A stretch of 64,000 nt of DNA from Candidatus Latescibacterota bacterium. GTDB taxonomy: Bacteria > Latescibacterota > UBA2968 > GCA-2709665. Below the pieces are notes generated by a model, which was not told where the DNA came from, searched no databases, and saw only the letters and a program-made list of their open reading frames with translations. Positions 1-9,549 of this stretch are shown here, one piece after another. Both the position numbers and the translations under genes were made by a program. The DNA is taken from contig CBDCOX010000002.1 in assembly GCA_965219995.1 (NCBI GenBank), positions 1,792,001 to 1,856,000 on the forward strand, written 5' to 3'. Every line of letters starts with the position of its first letter. Position 1 is the stretch's first letter.

Positions 1-77
1 CGGCCGACAAATGGACACTCGTATTAAGAGAATTCAAAGGTTTGGGCAAGTTTCACGGGGAACACAATGCAGCAGAT

Positions 78-857
78 TCAAACCGGATGTCTGCTCCGAT
101 GGAACGCAACGAAGAAGTCGGACACCCCGCTTACGATCATCTCCAGCATGGCCTGGCCGTCCTCGACGGTGGCTTCCGCCGGATTGTCGGTGTAACCCAC
201 GCCCGACTGCCACTCGCCGTGGACCTGGACAACGGCGCCCGAGAGACCGACGTCCAGGCCGGCGTCGTCGTGCACCTGGCCGCTCATTGCGTCCAGCGCG
301 TCCCGGTTCACCAGGTCGGGCCTGATCGCCATCATCATCGCCGCTTCGAATCGTCCCGCATGACCCGGGATAACCCGGGACGGCATCACCTCGGTAAGCG
401 CTTCACGTGCGATGTTCCAGTAATCGCCGGTTGCCACGGCAGCCGGATTGCCCAGACGGTTCACGAAGTCCTGCCCCACGAGTCCGTTCGGGTTGGAATT
501 CCCGCCGTGGCCGTTCAACACCACGAGCCGTTTGAATCCGCTCCGCACAAGGCCGTCGAGAACGTCGGTGACAGCCCGGACGAACGTGGCGGCCCTGAAA
601 GACAACACCCCCGGAAACGGATGGTGATGGTGGGAGTTGCCGAATTGCAGCGTTGGCGCCACCACGACAGGCACGTGTTCGTTTGCGCGGGCCGCGGCCT
701 GGCGCGCAACCGTCCCGCATAGAACGGTGTCCGTACACACGGGAAGGTGAGGTCCGTGCTGCTCGATGGCCGCTGTGGGAAGTACCGCAGTGGCCGAAGG
801 CGCAACCTTCCGAATCTCCTCCCGGGTCATCTCTGCAAATAGGTATGACACGTACAA
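78..857 (-). CDS. Creatininase / creatinine amidohydrolase family protein
   Basis: Motifs LPTAAIEQHGPHLPVCTD, GNSHHH, LNGHGGN, GHAGRFE. Confidence 0.9.
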   Translation of the reverse strand: MYVSYLFAEMTREEIRKVAPSATAVLPTAAIEQHGPHLPVCTDTVLCGTVARQAAARANEHVPVVVAPTLQFGNSHHHHPFPGVLSFRAATFVRAVTDVLDGLVRSGFKRLVVLNGHGGNSNPNGLVGQDFVNRLGNPAAVATGDYWNIAREALTEVMPSRVIPGHAGRFEAAMMMAIRPDLVNRDALDAMSGQVHDDAGLDVGLSGAVVQVHGEWQSGVGYTDNPAEATVEDGQAMLEMIVSGVSDFFVAFHRSRHPV

Positions 858-902
858 TCCTCCAGTCGCCGTAGCACGGTGACCAATTTGAACGACAGAA
901 AA

Positions 903-2375
903 CTACACCTCCTCGAACGGATACAGCGGCCGGCGGCGATGGCGGAACTCGAACTTGCGCATATCCGCCGCCGTTGCGCCGGGCGTGTCCACGCGTATGA
1001 GGCGCGTGCACACGGGCGCGTACGCCGCCACGGGCGAATGCACCCCCTTGGCGACGATCACGTCGAATGCGTCCGGTTGCAGATCGCAACTGGTCATCAC
1101 GCCCAGGCTTACCGGTACGACGCGACGCGACGTCAGGCTGATTGTCAGGCCCGTGTCGGTGTCCACCACCGCCGTCTGTCCCATGTCGAACGCCGTCCGC
1201 CCGCCATGGCGGATCTCGGACTCCCGAAAACGACCGCTGTAGATGCCCCGTACCGTAACCGGCAGTTCCAGAGGCGGGCCGTGCATTTCATCCGTCTTGC
1301 CACCCATCCGGAGCGTCACACGGCTACCCGCCCCCGCCTCGGCCGCCTTGGACACGGACTCGCGGTCGTACAGACATACGAATCCCCTCGAATCCGCGCG
1401 CCTGTGCAATTCGTGCGCCAGCAGGGTTCCGTCCGCGGCCGACCCGCCACCCGTATTGTCTCCCATATCCAGCAGGCAGACCGGGCCGTCGGTCGCCAGC
1501 GCCATGTCCACCGCCTGCGGGATGCCGATGAACTCACCCCTGAAGTCGCTCCGATAGGTGTGGAGATGGTCCGCGAGTTCTCCGGCAACGGTTTGCGCCA
1601 GTTCCGGATCACCATCCGTCACGGCGACCATCGCGGCGCCCACTTCCGGAACATCGGCGTAGGGGAATCCAAGCACAATGCTATTCGACAACACACCCGG
1701 CCGGTCCAGGAGTTCGTTCGCCAGTTCATACATCGGCCTGCAGGGAGCGGCGCCCGTCAATTGCCGTTCGATATTAATGGCAATCGGCGGAAACGCGGCG
1801 GCCTGGGTGGGCTTGATCTCGCGTCGAAGCGTGCGCGTCATCAGCCGCGCCGCCTGCAGACCCACCTTCTTCTGGTCGAGATGCGGATTGCTGCGATAGG
1901 CGATGGTCGCGTCGCAGGCCGCAACCATCCGCTCCGACAGATTCGCGTGTGGATCGATCGTGCAGATGATGGGCGTCTCGTCTCCAACCGTGCGCCGCAG
2001 CCGGGAAAGCCAGTATCCGTCCAGGTCCCAATAGTCCTCGCCCTCACCCACGTTCGCCCCGTGGGGCGCCACAAGCCAGCCATCCAGTCTCCCGGCGCGT
2101 TCCACCTGCTCGAACATCAATTGAATCAGCGCGTCGCATGTCTCCTTCGTAATCCGGCCGGAAGGCTCGGTACCGGCGTAAAACAGCGGTACCGGTTCGA
2201 TTCCCGACTCGGCCAGCCCGGCGAAGAATCCACTGACTTCGTTCAAGCCATCTTTGTACGCCGCGGCCACCTCTTCTCCAGTGAGGATGCCGCCGGACCT
2301 GAAATTATCCATTGTGGTGGGCGTACCGATGAATGTATTTGACTCGTGCATCAATGACAGGATACCAACGCGCAT
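903..2375 (-). CDS. M81 family metallopeptidase (MlrC-like)
   Basis: N-terminal MRVGILSLMHESNTF, PHGA, DPHAN, YRSNPHLD, DMGDNTGGG; start moved to ATG at 2375. Confidence 0.9.
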   Translation of the reverse strand: MRVGILSLMHESNTFIGTPTTMDNFRSGGILTGEEVAAAYKDGLNEVSGFFAGLAESGIEPVPLFYAGTEPSGRITKETCDALIQLMFEQVERAGRLDGWLVAPHGANVGEGEDYWDLDGYWLSRLRRTVGDETPIICTIDPHANLSERMVAACDATIAYRSNPHLDQKKVGLQAARLMTRTLRREIKPTQAAAFPPIAINIERQLTGAAPCRPMYELANELLDRPGVLSNSIVLGFPYADVPEVGAAMVAVTDGDPELAQTVAGELADHLHTYRSDFRGEFIGIPQAVDMALATDGPVCLLDMGDNTGGGSAADGTLLAHELHRRADSRGFVCLYDRESVSKAAEAGAGSRVTLRMGGKTDEMHGPPLELPVTVRGIYSGRFRESEIRHGGRTAFDMGQTAVVDTDTGLTISLTSRRVVPVSLGVMTSCDLQPDAFDVIVAKGVHSPVAAYAPVCTRLIRVDTPGATAADMRKFEFRHRRRPLYPFEEV

Positions 2376-2642
2376 CTTCAGTTTTCCCCTTGAATTCTCT
2401 GCGACGTTCGTTCCGGACCGGAGAGAGGGCGGTTCTGTCCTGGAAATCGAATTCGCAATATAGACGCTGCGGCTTTCGAAATCAAATGGTTCCATTTGCC
2501 GTTCGCGGCGCGGGTGGCGCGCCGAATCAATACACCCTTAACAGGAAAATGAATCATTCTTATGGTCTTCTGCCCTAACTGGCATTATAAACAAAAATAT
2601 AGTTTTTGTGTCTTTTAGACAAAAATAACTAATGGATTCACC

Positions 2643-2671
2643 TTGCCAATACAGGTCGAGTACTTTATATT
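2643..2671 (+). promoter_or_regulatory. Putative sigma70 promoter of the CBS-korA-korB operon
   Basis: TTGCCA-17 bp-TATATT in an AT-rich intergenic region. Confidence 0.5.
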
Positions 2672-2774
2672 AGAACCAGATAAGATAAGCCCGGCTTATT
2701 GTTGGGTGTGGAATGCAAAGGCGATGCCTGCGCCGCAGCACCCGTTTGGTGCGCATCGACTCCGGAGGAACCAG

Positions 2775-3242
2775 ATGGACCTCAAAGAGAGTATTCATAC
2801 CGCTCCGGTTACCCAGGTCGATCTTTCGTATTACGTCGAGACGGAACACGGCACGCGAGCCCGCGACGTGCTGCAAAAGATGAAAGCCAGTCATCGGAAG
2901 TGCGCACTCGTGATGGAGCACGGCCGCCTGGTCGGTATCTTCACCGAACGCGATATCATGAAAAAGGTGGCGGGTAACCCGCAAAGCAGCGATGCCCCGA
3001 TCGACGACCTGATGACACCCGATCCCGAAACAATCGACGCGGACATGAATATCCTGGACGCGACGAGGGTGATCGCCTCCAACCGCTACAGGTACATGCC
3101 GGTAACGAACAAAGAGGGCCAGGTCCTGGGGACATTGACCTATTATGCCATTATCAAATACATCTGCGATTACTTCCCGCAGGAAATCTACAACCAGCCG
3201 CCCGTGCCGGACGTGTTCGCCAAGGCCCGTGCCGGCGCCTAG
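2775..3242 (+). CDS. Stand-alone CBS-domain (Bateman pair) protein
   Basis: GRLVGIFTERDIM, LMTPDPETI, YRYMPV; GGAGG RBS before ATG 2775. Confidence 0.88.
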   Translation: MDLKESIHTAPVTQVDLSYYVETEHGTRARDVLQKMKASHRKCALVMEHGRLVGIFTERDIMKKVAGNPQSSDAPIDDLMTPDPETIDADMNILDATRVIASNRYRYMPVTNKEGQVLGTLTYYAIIKYICDYFPQEIYNQPPVPDVFAKARAGA

Positions 3243-3299
3243 CCCGAGTGATCTACTTCTCCGGATCCGCGGCCCAGATGGGCCAGGAGGTCTACACAG

Positions 3300-5174
3300 A
3301 TGGCCGAAACAGCCGTCGAGGAAATTGGCGAAGAAGCCGAATTGCTGGACGAATTGAACGAGGTAGAATCCATTGCGGTCCGATTCGCGGGCGACTCCGG
3401 CGATGGAAGCCAGTTCATTGGCGGAGAATTCGCCAACACGTCCGCCATTGTCGGCAATGACATCAGCACCATGCCGGACTTCCCCGCAGAAATCCGAGCT
3501 CCCGCGGGCACATTGCCGGGAATCAGCGGATTTCAGGTCCGCATATCCAGCGAAGACATCTACACGCCCGGAGACGAACCCCAGGTGCTCGTTGCCATGA
3601 ACCCGGCCGCGCTGAGGGCCAACCTGCAGGATCTGCCGCCGGGTGGCGTGGTCATCACCAATTCCAACAACTTCACACGAAACAACCTTCGCAAGGCCGG
3701 CTATGAGGCCGACCCGCTGGAGGACGGATCGCTGGAGGGCTATCGCGTTTGCAAGGTACCGTTGACAACGTTGCACAAGCGGGCAGTGGCCGGTGTTGAG
3801 GGTCTGTCCAACCGGCAGATCGATATGATGAAAAACTGCTTCGCCCTCGGACTTGCATACTGGATCTTCGACCGTCCGCTGGAACCGACCGTCCGCATGC
3901 TGGAGGAGAAATTCGCCAGCCGCCCGAATGTCGTTGAAGGCAACGTAACGACATTGAAGGCCGGATACAACTACGGCGAAACCACCGAACAGTTCCAGTT
4001 CAGGTACAAGATTCCCAGAGCCGTGGTCGAACCCGGCACCTATCGTGCCGTTACCGGCGCCCAGGCCACCGCGATGGGGTTTGTCACCGCGGCGCACAAG
4101 GCCGGCAAGACCCTCTTCTACGGCAGCTACCCAATCACCCCCGCCAGCGTCCTGCTGGAGGCGCTGGCCGCCCTGAAGAACTTCGACGTGCGCACATTCC
4201 AGGCCGAAGACGAAATTGCAGCCATCGGCTCCGCCATCGGTGCTGCGTTCGGCGGCGCCTTTGCCGCAACCGGCACGAGTGGCCCCGGCGTTGCGCTGAA
4301 GAGCGAAGCCATCAACCTGGCTCTTGTGCTGGAATTGCCACTGGTTGTCGCCAACTTTCAACGGGGCGGGCCCAGCACGGGGCTTCCCACGAAAACGGAA
4401 CAGTCCGACCTGCTCCAATGCATGTTCGGCCGTAATGGCGAGAGTCCGGTTCCGATTGTGGCGCCGGCAACGGCCTCGGATTGCTTCAACCTCGGCATCG
4501 AGGCCTTTCGTATCGCCGTTGAAAGCATGTCGCCTGTTTTCTTCCTGTCCGACGGCTATCTGAACAACAGTTCCGAACCCTGGAAGATCCCCGATCCCGA
4601 CGACATCGAGACCATCGCTGTCGAACACCGAACGGACCCTGAGAATTTCCAGCCGTACACGAGGAACGTGCAGACCCTTTCACGCCCCTGGGCCCTCCCG
4701 GGTACACCCGGCCTGGAACATCGAATCGGCGGGTTGGGTAAGCAGGACGGCACGGGAAACGTCTCGTACGATCCGAAAGATCACGAACACATGGTCAGGG
4801 TCCGGGCAGAAAAGGTGGCGCGAATCGCCAATCGGATTCCCAGGCAGGATGTATTCGGGCCGACGGCCGGCGATCTGCTTGTCGTCGGTTGGGGCAGTAC
4901 GTTCGGCGCCATCAGATCCGCGGTACGCCGCTCGGTCTCCAACGGCCTGTCGGTTGCCCATGCCCATATCCGATATCTGAACCCGTTTCCGGCGAATCTG
5001 GAGAGTCTGCTTCTGCGCTATCGAAAGATCCTGGTTCCCGAGATCAACGGCGGGCAGCTTTCTCTCCTGCTCAACGCCAGGTATCCTCTACGTGTCATCA
5101 GCTATCCCAAAGTCCAGGGGCAGCCGTTCAAGATCTCCGAAATCGTGGATAAGATCGACGAGTTGCTGGACTAG
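3300..5174 (+). CDS. korA: 2-oxoacid:ferredoxin oxidoreductase alpha subunit (fused gamma-alpha)
   Basis: RFAGDSGDG, FPAEIRAPAG, YPITPAS, QAEDEIAA, QRGGPSTGLPTKTEQSD. Confidence 0.93.
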   Translation: MAETAVEEIGEEAELLDELNEVESIAVRFAGDSGDGSQFIGGEFANTSAIVGNDISTMPDFPAEIRAPAGTLPGISGFQVRISSEDIYTPGDEPQVLVAMNPAALRANLQDLPPGGVVITNSNNFTRNNLRKAGYEADPLEDGSLEGYRVCKVPLTTLHKRAVAGVEGLSNRQIDMMKNCFALGLAYWIFDRPLEPTVRMLEEKFASRPNVVEGNVTTLKAGYNYGETTEQFQFRYKIPRAVVEPGTYRAVTGAQATAMGFVTAAHKAGKTLFYGSYPITPASVLLEALAALKNFDVRTFQAEDEIAAIGSAIGAAFGGAFAATGTSGPGVALKSEAINLALVLELPLVVANFQRGGPSTGLPTKTEQSDLLQCMFGRNGESPVPIVAPATASDCFNLGIEAFRIAVESMSPVFFLSDGYLNNSSEPWKIPDPDDIETIAVEHRTDPENFQPYTRNVQTLSRPWALPGTPGLEHRIGGLGKQDGTGNVSYDPKDHEHMVRVRAEKVARIANRIPRQDVFGPTAGDLLVVGWGSTFGAIRSAVRRSVSNGLSVAHAHIRYLNPFPANLESLLLRYRKILVPEINGGQLSLLLNARYPLRVISYPKVQGQPFKISEIVDKIDELLD

Positions 5175-5203
5175 ACCGTACCCCCGAATCTGGAGAACGA
5201 CCC

Positions 5204-6760
5204 ATGGCCGAAGCCACACCGGAACTTTTACAACTGACCCGCAAAGACTTCGTTTCCGACCAGGAAGTCCGCTGGTGTCCGGGATGCGGGGACTACGCCA
5301 TACTGGCGCAGATGCAGAGGGTGCTTCCCGAACTCGGTATTCCCCGGGAACAGATCGTCTTCGTCTCCGGAATCGGTTGTTCGAGCCGCTTTCCGTATTA
5401 TATGAACACCTATGGCGTACACTCCATTCACGGGCGCGCGCCGACCCTTGCCTCGGGCCTCAAGGTGGCCAATCCCGACCTGCACGTGTGGGTGATCACC
5501 GGGGACGGCGACGGCCTATCCATCGGCGGCAACCATCTGCTGCATATTCTGCGCAGGAACGTGGATGTGAACATCATTCTCTTCAACAACCGCATCTACG
5601 GCCTTACCAAGGGGCAATACTCGCCCACGTCGCTGCCGGGCCACAAGACCTATTCTTCGCCGATGGGCTCCATCGAACAGTCCTTCAACCCCATCTCCGT
5701 TGCCATAGGCGCCGAGGCCACCTTCGTCGCGCGTTCCGTCGACCGGAATACCAAGCACCTTGCGGAAATGCTCCGCCGGGCGGCCGCACACAAGGGCACG
5801 TCGTTCGTTGAGGTCTACCAGAACTGTAACATCTACAACGATGGCGCGTGGTTCCACATTACTGAAGCCGACGTCAAGGACGACAATACGTTAATTCTCG
5901 AACACGGTCAGCCGATGGTTTTCGGCAAGGCGCGGGACAAGGGCGTCCGGATGGATGATTTGCGTCCGGAAGTCGTGGCGCTGGGCAACGGCACTTCCGA
6001 AGACGACCTGCTGATGCACGACGAGTCCGCGGATCCGCCAGCGCTGGCTTACATGCTGAGCCGCATGGAATATCCGGATTATCCAGTGCCCCTGGGGGTT
6101 CTCCGCTGCGTGGAACGACCTGTTTACGAGGAGGAAATCCTCGCACAGGGTCGCGCCGCCGTCACACAGCACGGGAAAGCCGATCTGTCCACACTCTACA
6201 ATGCCGCCGATACCTGGATCGTATCGGAAGAGGACAGCGTGCCGGTCGAGCGGGACGTCGCGGAGGAAATCGAGACGGATATTCCGGATATCATTCCGGG
6301 AATCGGCGAAGAGGACCCAATAGACCCGAAGGGCGAATTCGAACGCCTCGTCATCGATCCGATCTCGACGGTGAAACTTCACACGCCGGAATTCATCGCG
6401 CCGGGGGCCTCCATGCTCGAAGCCATGCTGCTGATGGAGGAAAAGGAAGCCGGCTGCCTTCTGGTTTCAGACGACGGAGTCACCCTTCAGGGCATCCTGG
6501 CCGAAGGAGACTTCTTCGTAAAGGTCGTGGGTAACGACATCGATCTGGCAACCACGCGTGTTGAAGACGTGATGACGCCCAATCCCATAACGATGAGATT
6601 GTCGGATCCCATCGGGTACGCGTTGCATCTGATGGACCTTCACGGCTACCGGCATATCCCGGTCGTCGACCACGGCGGACGGGTCGTCAAGGTGGTGTCG
6701 TTCAGGGCGGCTCTCGAGTTCTTCACGCAACTCTACGACAACGGAGCGAACGGCGACTGA
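5204..6760 (+). CDS. korB: 2-oxoacid:ferredoxin oxidoreductase beta subunit with C-terminal CBS pair
   Basis: WCPGCGD, SGIGCSSR, GDGDGLSIGGNH (TPP site), YGLTKGQYSPT; C-terminal ~135 aa CBS pair (VMTPNPIT, YRHIPVVD). Confidence 0.9.
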   Translation: MAEATPELLQLTRKDFVSDQEVRWCPGCGDYAILAQMQRVLPELGIPREQIVFVSGIGCSSRFPYYMNTYGVHSIHGRAPTLASGLKVANPDLHVWVITGDGDGLSIGGNHLLHILRRNVDVNIILFNNRIYGLTKGQYSPTSLPGHKTYSSPMGSIEQSFNPISVAIGAEATFVARSVDRNTKHLAEMLRRAAAHKGTSFVEVYQNCNIYNDGAWFHITEADVKDDNTLILEHGQPMVFGKARDKGVRMDDLRPEVVALGNGTSEDDLLMHDESADPPALAYMLSRMEYPDYPVPLGVLRCVERPVYEEEILAQGRAAVTQHGKADLSTLYNAADTWIVSEEDSVPVERDVAEEIETDIPDIIPGIGEEDPIDPKGEFERLVIDPISTVKLHTPEFIAPGASMLEAMLLMEEKEAGCLLVSDDGVTLQGILAEGDFFVKVVGNDIDLATTRVEDVMTPNPITMRLSDPIGYALHLMDLHGYRHIPVVDHGGRVVKVVSFRAALEFFTQLYDNGANGD

Positions 6761-6786
6761 TCGTCGCACCCTGTGAATCACATTGG

Positions 6787-6820
6787 AAAGGCCCCGGACA
6801 TCCAGGTCCGGGGCCTTTAT
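6787..6820 (+). terminator. Intrinsic terminator between convergent korB and DUF309 genes, probably bidirectional
   Basis: 13 bp stem AAAGGCCCCGGAC / GTCCGGGGCCTTT. Confidence 0.75.
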
Positions 6821-6897
6821 TATTCATGGCATGTTCGGGTTCCAGTGGGACGACGACGTTTGTGAACCTGCCCCACACGGCGCCCACCCCGCCAGCT

Positions 6898-7362
6898 TCA
6901 ATCGCTTCGCGGGCGCATGTACACCACCTCCGCCACCAGGTCCTTCGGGAACTCATCCATCCTTTCCGGTCCCAGCCGCTCCACCTCCGCCAGCCCGTGT
7001 CTGATCTCGCGTTTGAGCGCGCCGACGTCCACACCCAGAAACCCCGCGGGAAACTGCTTCAGCTTGAAAAATGAATTGTTGTAGTGCTTCACCGCTCCGT
7101 GATAGATTCCTCTTTGAATCTGATGATATGCCGCTGCAAGTTGAATCAGGCCCTGAAAGAAAATGCGGCTCGGCTCGTCATGCCTCCGCCACACCTGCTC
7201 CCAGGCCTCGTGGCTCTCCCAGTGCTCCCTCTTGTTGAAGAGGCGCACGCCGTTCTCGAAGTCGGTCCAATCCTCCCGGGACATTACGGGCTCCACCACG
7301 TCCACGGGGCTGATCCGATACGCCGGCTTCATCCGTGCTGTTTTCAGGTCAGGCCTTGCCAC
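6898..7362 (-). CDS. DUF309 domain-containing protein
   Basis: GVRLFN...WESHEAWEQVW...FFQGLIQLAAA. Confidence 0.85.
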   Translation of the reverse strand: MARPDLKTARMKPAYRISPVDVVEPVMSREDWTDFENGVRLFNKREHWESHEAWEQVWRRHDEPSRIFFQGLIQLAAAYHQIQRGIYHGAVKHYNNSFFKLKQFPAGFLGVDVGALKREIRHGLAEVERLGPERMDEFPKDLVAEVVYMRPRSD

Positions 7363-7365
7363 GAT

Positions 7366-8103
7366 TCAATCTCCAGCCTGGACATCAAGCATCGTCTCCA
7401 GTGCGACAAGATGCGCCCGGACGCGCACCTCCATCGCCAGCGTGGACGGCGTCTCGGACGTAATCAGACGATCGGTATACTTCTGCTTGAACAGGACGAT
7501 TGGCACACCCCCGCCCAGGCGCCGCTTCTCCACCCGGAGGTCCGGAAAAATCACGCCGTTCCGGGCAACCTCGCCCTCAATGTTCGTTTGCGTATTCAGG
7601 GGGCAGACTTCAGATACCTTGCGGGTAATCCGCGGGCCGGCCGGCGCCCGTGCTCGAACCTGCTCGTAGAGATAGTACCCCGGACTCTCCCAATCTTCGT
7701 GAAGATCCATAATCGCCGTAAAATTCCTCCCGTGGATAAACCGCTTGATCAGGGCAATCTCGGCGACGTCGTCACGAAGAAAGGCCCAGTTGATGTCCAC
7801 ATTTTGCGCATTCGATCGTGTATTGTGAACGTATCCGTAAGGATTCAAACACGGAATCACGAAAAACCTGAATTGATTCACCCATCGCTCACAGCCCATC
7901 TCCAGAAAAGCCAGCGCTCCCTCCGCTCCGGCGGGTTCGTCGCCGTGTGTTCCGCCGTTGACGTATATCACGGGCAACGACGGATCCGAACCCGCCGACA
8001 CGCAATAGACAGGATATCCGGCAATCCGGTCCAGAACCTGAACGTGGAGACCCCGGCTCGAAAGCGATTCGGCGCGCTTGACGATCTTATTGTAGTCACG
8101 CAT
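7366..8103 (-). CDS. M14 metallocarboxypeptidase / succinylglutamate desuccinylase-aspartoacylase family protein
   Basis: GGTHGDEPAG, PCLNPYG, DINWAF, MDLHED, TSETP. Confidence 0.82.
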   Translation of the reverse strand: MRDYNKIVKRAESLSSRGLHVQVLDRIAGYPVYCVSAGSDPSLPVIYVNGGTHGDEPAGAEGALAFLEMGCERWVNQFRFFVIPCLNPYGYVHNTRSNAQNVDINWAFLRDDVAEIALIKRFIHGRNFTAIMDLHEDWESPGYYLYEQVRARAPAGPRITRKVSEVCPLNTQTNIEGEVARNGVIFPDLRVEKRRLGGGVPIVLFKQKYTDRLITSETPSTLAMEVRVRAHLVALETMLDVQAGD

Positions 8104-8159
8104 GAAGGCTTTCCATATAACCTTGACTCGTGGCGCCAGCTGAACGGATCTTCCGCGCC

Positions 8160-9479
8160 TCAGGCGAACATTTCCCTCCCGAGCGTGATTCCGTGCGCCT
8201 TTACCGGGTCTTCGATTCTACCCACCCGCATCAGTCGACGGGAAAGCTCCGATGTGAGAATCTCGCCCATCTCCCGCGTTCTCTCCGGCAATTCCCCGGC
8301 CAGATTGCGTTGCTCCCCCGGATCGCCGGTCAGATCATAAAGTTCCCGCATGGGCTTGCCGTAAAAGTCCGGCTCAAGTGCGGCAATCAGCTTCCATCCA
8401 CCCACGCGCACCGCCCATTTGGCCATCCAGGTGCATTCCTGCGTGAGCAGCAGTTCTCCGTCTCTGTCTTCCGCGCCGCCCCGGATGAGTGGGAGCACGG
8501 ACCGTCCGTCCATCCCGTGCGGAACCGGCAGACCGGCGCCATCCAGAACTGTCGGCGCAAGATCCGTGTGTTGTACCAATGACCGGATCCGGGTACTATT
8601 GAATTCACTGCCAGGCCAGCGCACAATAAGCGGTACGCGAATATCGCTCTCGTACAATCCATGGTGATCGAAGTAGATGCCGTGTTCACCCAGTTCCTCG
8701 CCGTGGTCGCTGAAAATGAACACCGCGGTGTCTTCGGCGAAACCCAACTCGTCAAGCGCTCCCAGCAACTCCCGGATTCCATCGTCCACGCACCTCACCT
8801 CGGCATCGTACTGGCTGCGCACGAATTCGATATCGGTAATCTGGTCCCCCGCCGCGTCCGGCCACTCGGACGCCATCCGCCCGAGCCAGCCGGACGTCCA
8901 CCATGTCCTCAGGGGTCGCCGGTAGAAGCCGTCGAGGCTGCCTCTGTTTTCAACCGTCGGGTCGCCGGAATAAAAGAGGTCCCGATACCGTCCGGGCGGC
9001 ATATACGGCGTGTGCGGATCCCAATAGTGGACGAAAAGAAAAAACGGCTCGTCGCCGCGGGCTCGCAGCCACTGGATGGCAAGCTCGTTAAACCGGGAAC
9101 AATCCGGAAAACTTCCCGATTCCCGCGGATTCAGACAGACGTCGAATCCTCTGGAAAACCAGGGTTTGTGATGCTCCGCCAGATTATCCACCGCAGCCGT
9201 GGCGTACCCGGACCCTTGCAGGTATTCCGGCAGAAACGGCGCATTCTCGCAGAGAGACCAGCGGCCCCTGTGCGCAACGATCCCATGCGTGGTCGGCCAC
9301 TGTCCGGTGAACATGGTCGTAAATGAAGGCTGCGTCGGAATCGAGGGCGCATAGCAGTTGTCAAATACCGCAGATTGAACTGCAACGGTGTCGATGAACG
9401 GCGTGGTGGGCCGGTCATATCCGTAGCATCCGAGTCGATCGGCTCGCAAGCTGTCGACCGCGATAATCAGAAAATTCAT
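8160..9479 (-). CDS. Sulfatase-like hydrolase (alkaline phosphatase superfamily)
   Basis: IAVDSLRAD, PTQPSFTTMFTG, HYWDPHTPY, FSDHGE, DHHGLY. Confidence 0.85.
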   Translation of the reverse strand: MNFLIIAVDSLRADRLGCYGYDRPTTPFIDTVAVQSAVFDNCYAPSIPTQPSFTTMFTGQWPTTHGIVAHRGRWSLCENAPFLPEYLQGSGYATAAVDNLAEHHKPWFSRGFDVCLNPRESGSFPDCSRFNELAIQWLRARGDEPFFLFVHYWDPHTPYMPPGRYRDLFYSGDPTVENRGSLDGFYRRPLRTWWTSGWLGRMASEWPDAAGDQITDIEFVRSQYDAEVRCVDDGIRELLGALDELGFAEDTAVFIFSDHGEELGEHGIYFDHHGLYESDIRVPLIVRWPGSEFNSTRIRSLVQHTDLAPTVLDGAGLPVPHGMDGRSVLPLIRGGAEDRDGELLLTQECTWMAKWAVRVGGWKLIAALEPDFYGKPMRELYDLTGDPGEQRNLAGELPERTREMGEILTSELSRRLMRVGRIEDPVKAHGITLGREMFA

Positions 9480-9549
9480 CCGCACACCTTCACGATAGAC
9501 CAAAACGAACGTAGCAACCCCGGGGACGATTTTTTCACTTCGCCTACCG

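Noticed and set aside
2670-4628. Long antisense ORFs (also 879-2342, 56343-57848, 57607-59817, 62235-63821)
   Set aside because: Shadow frames opposite well-supported genes, as expected in GC-rich DNA.
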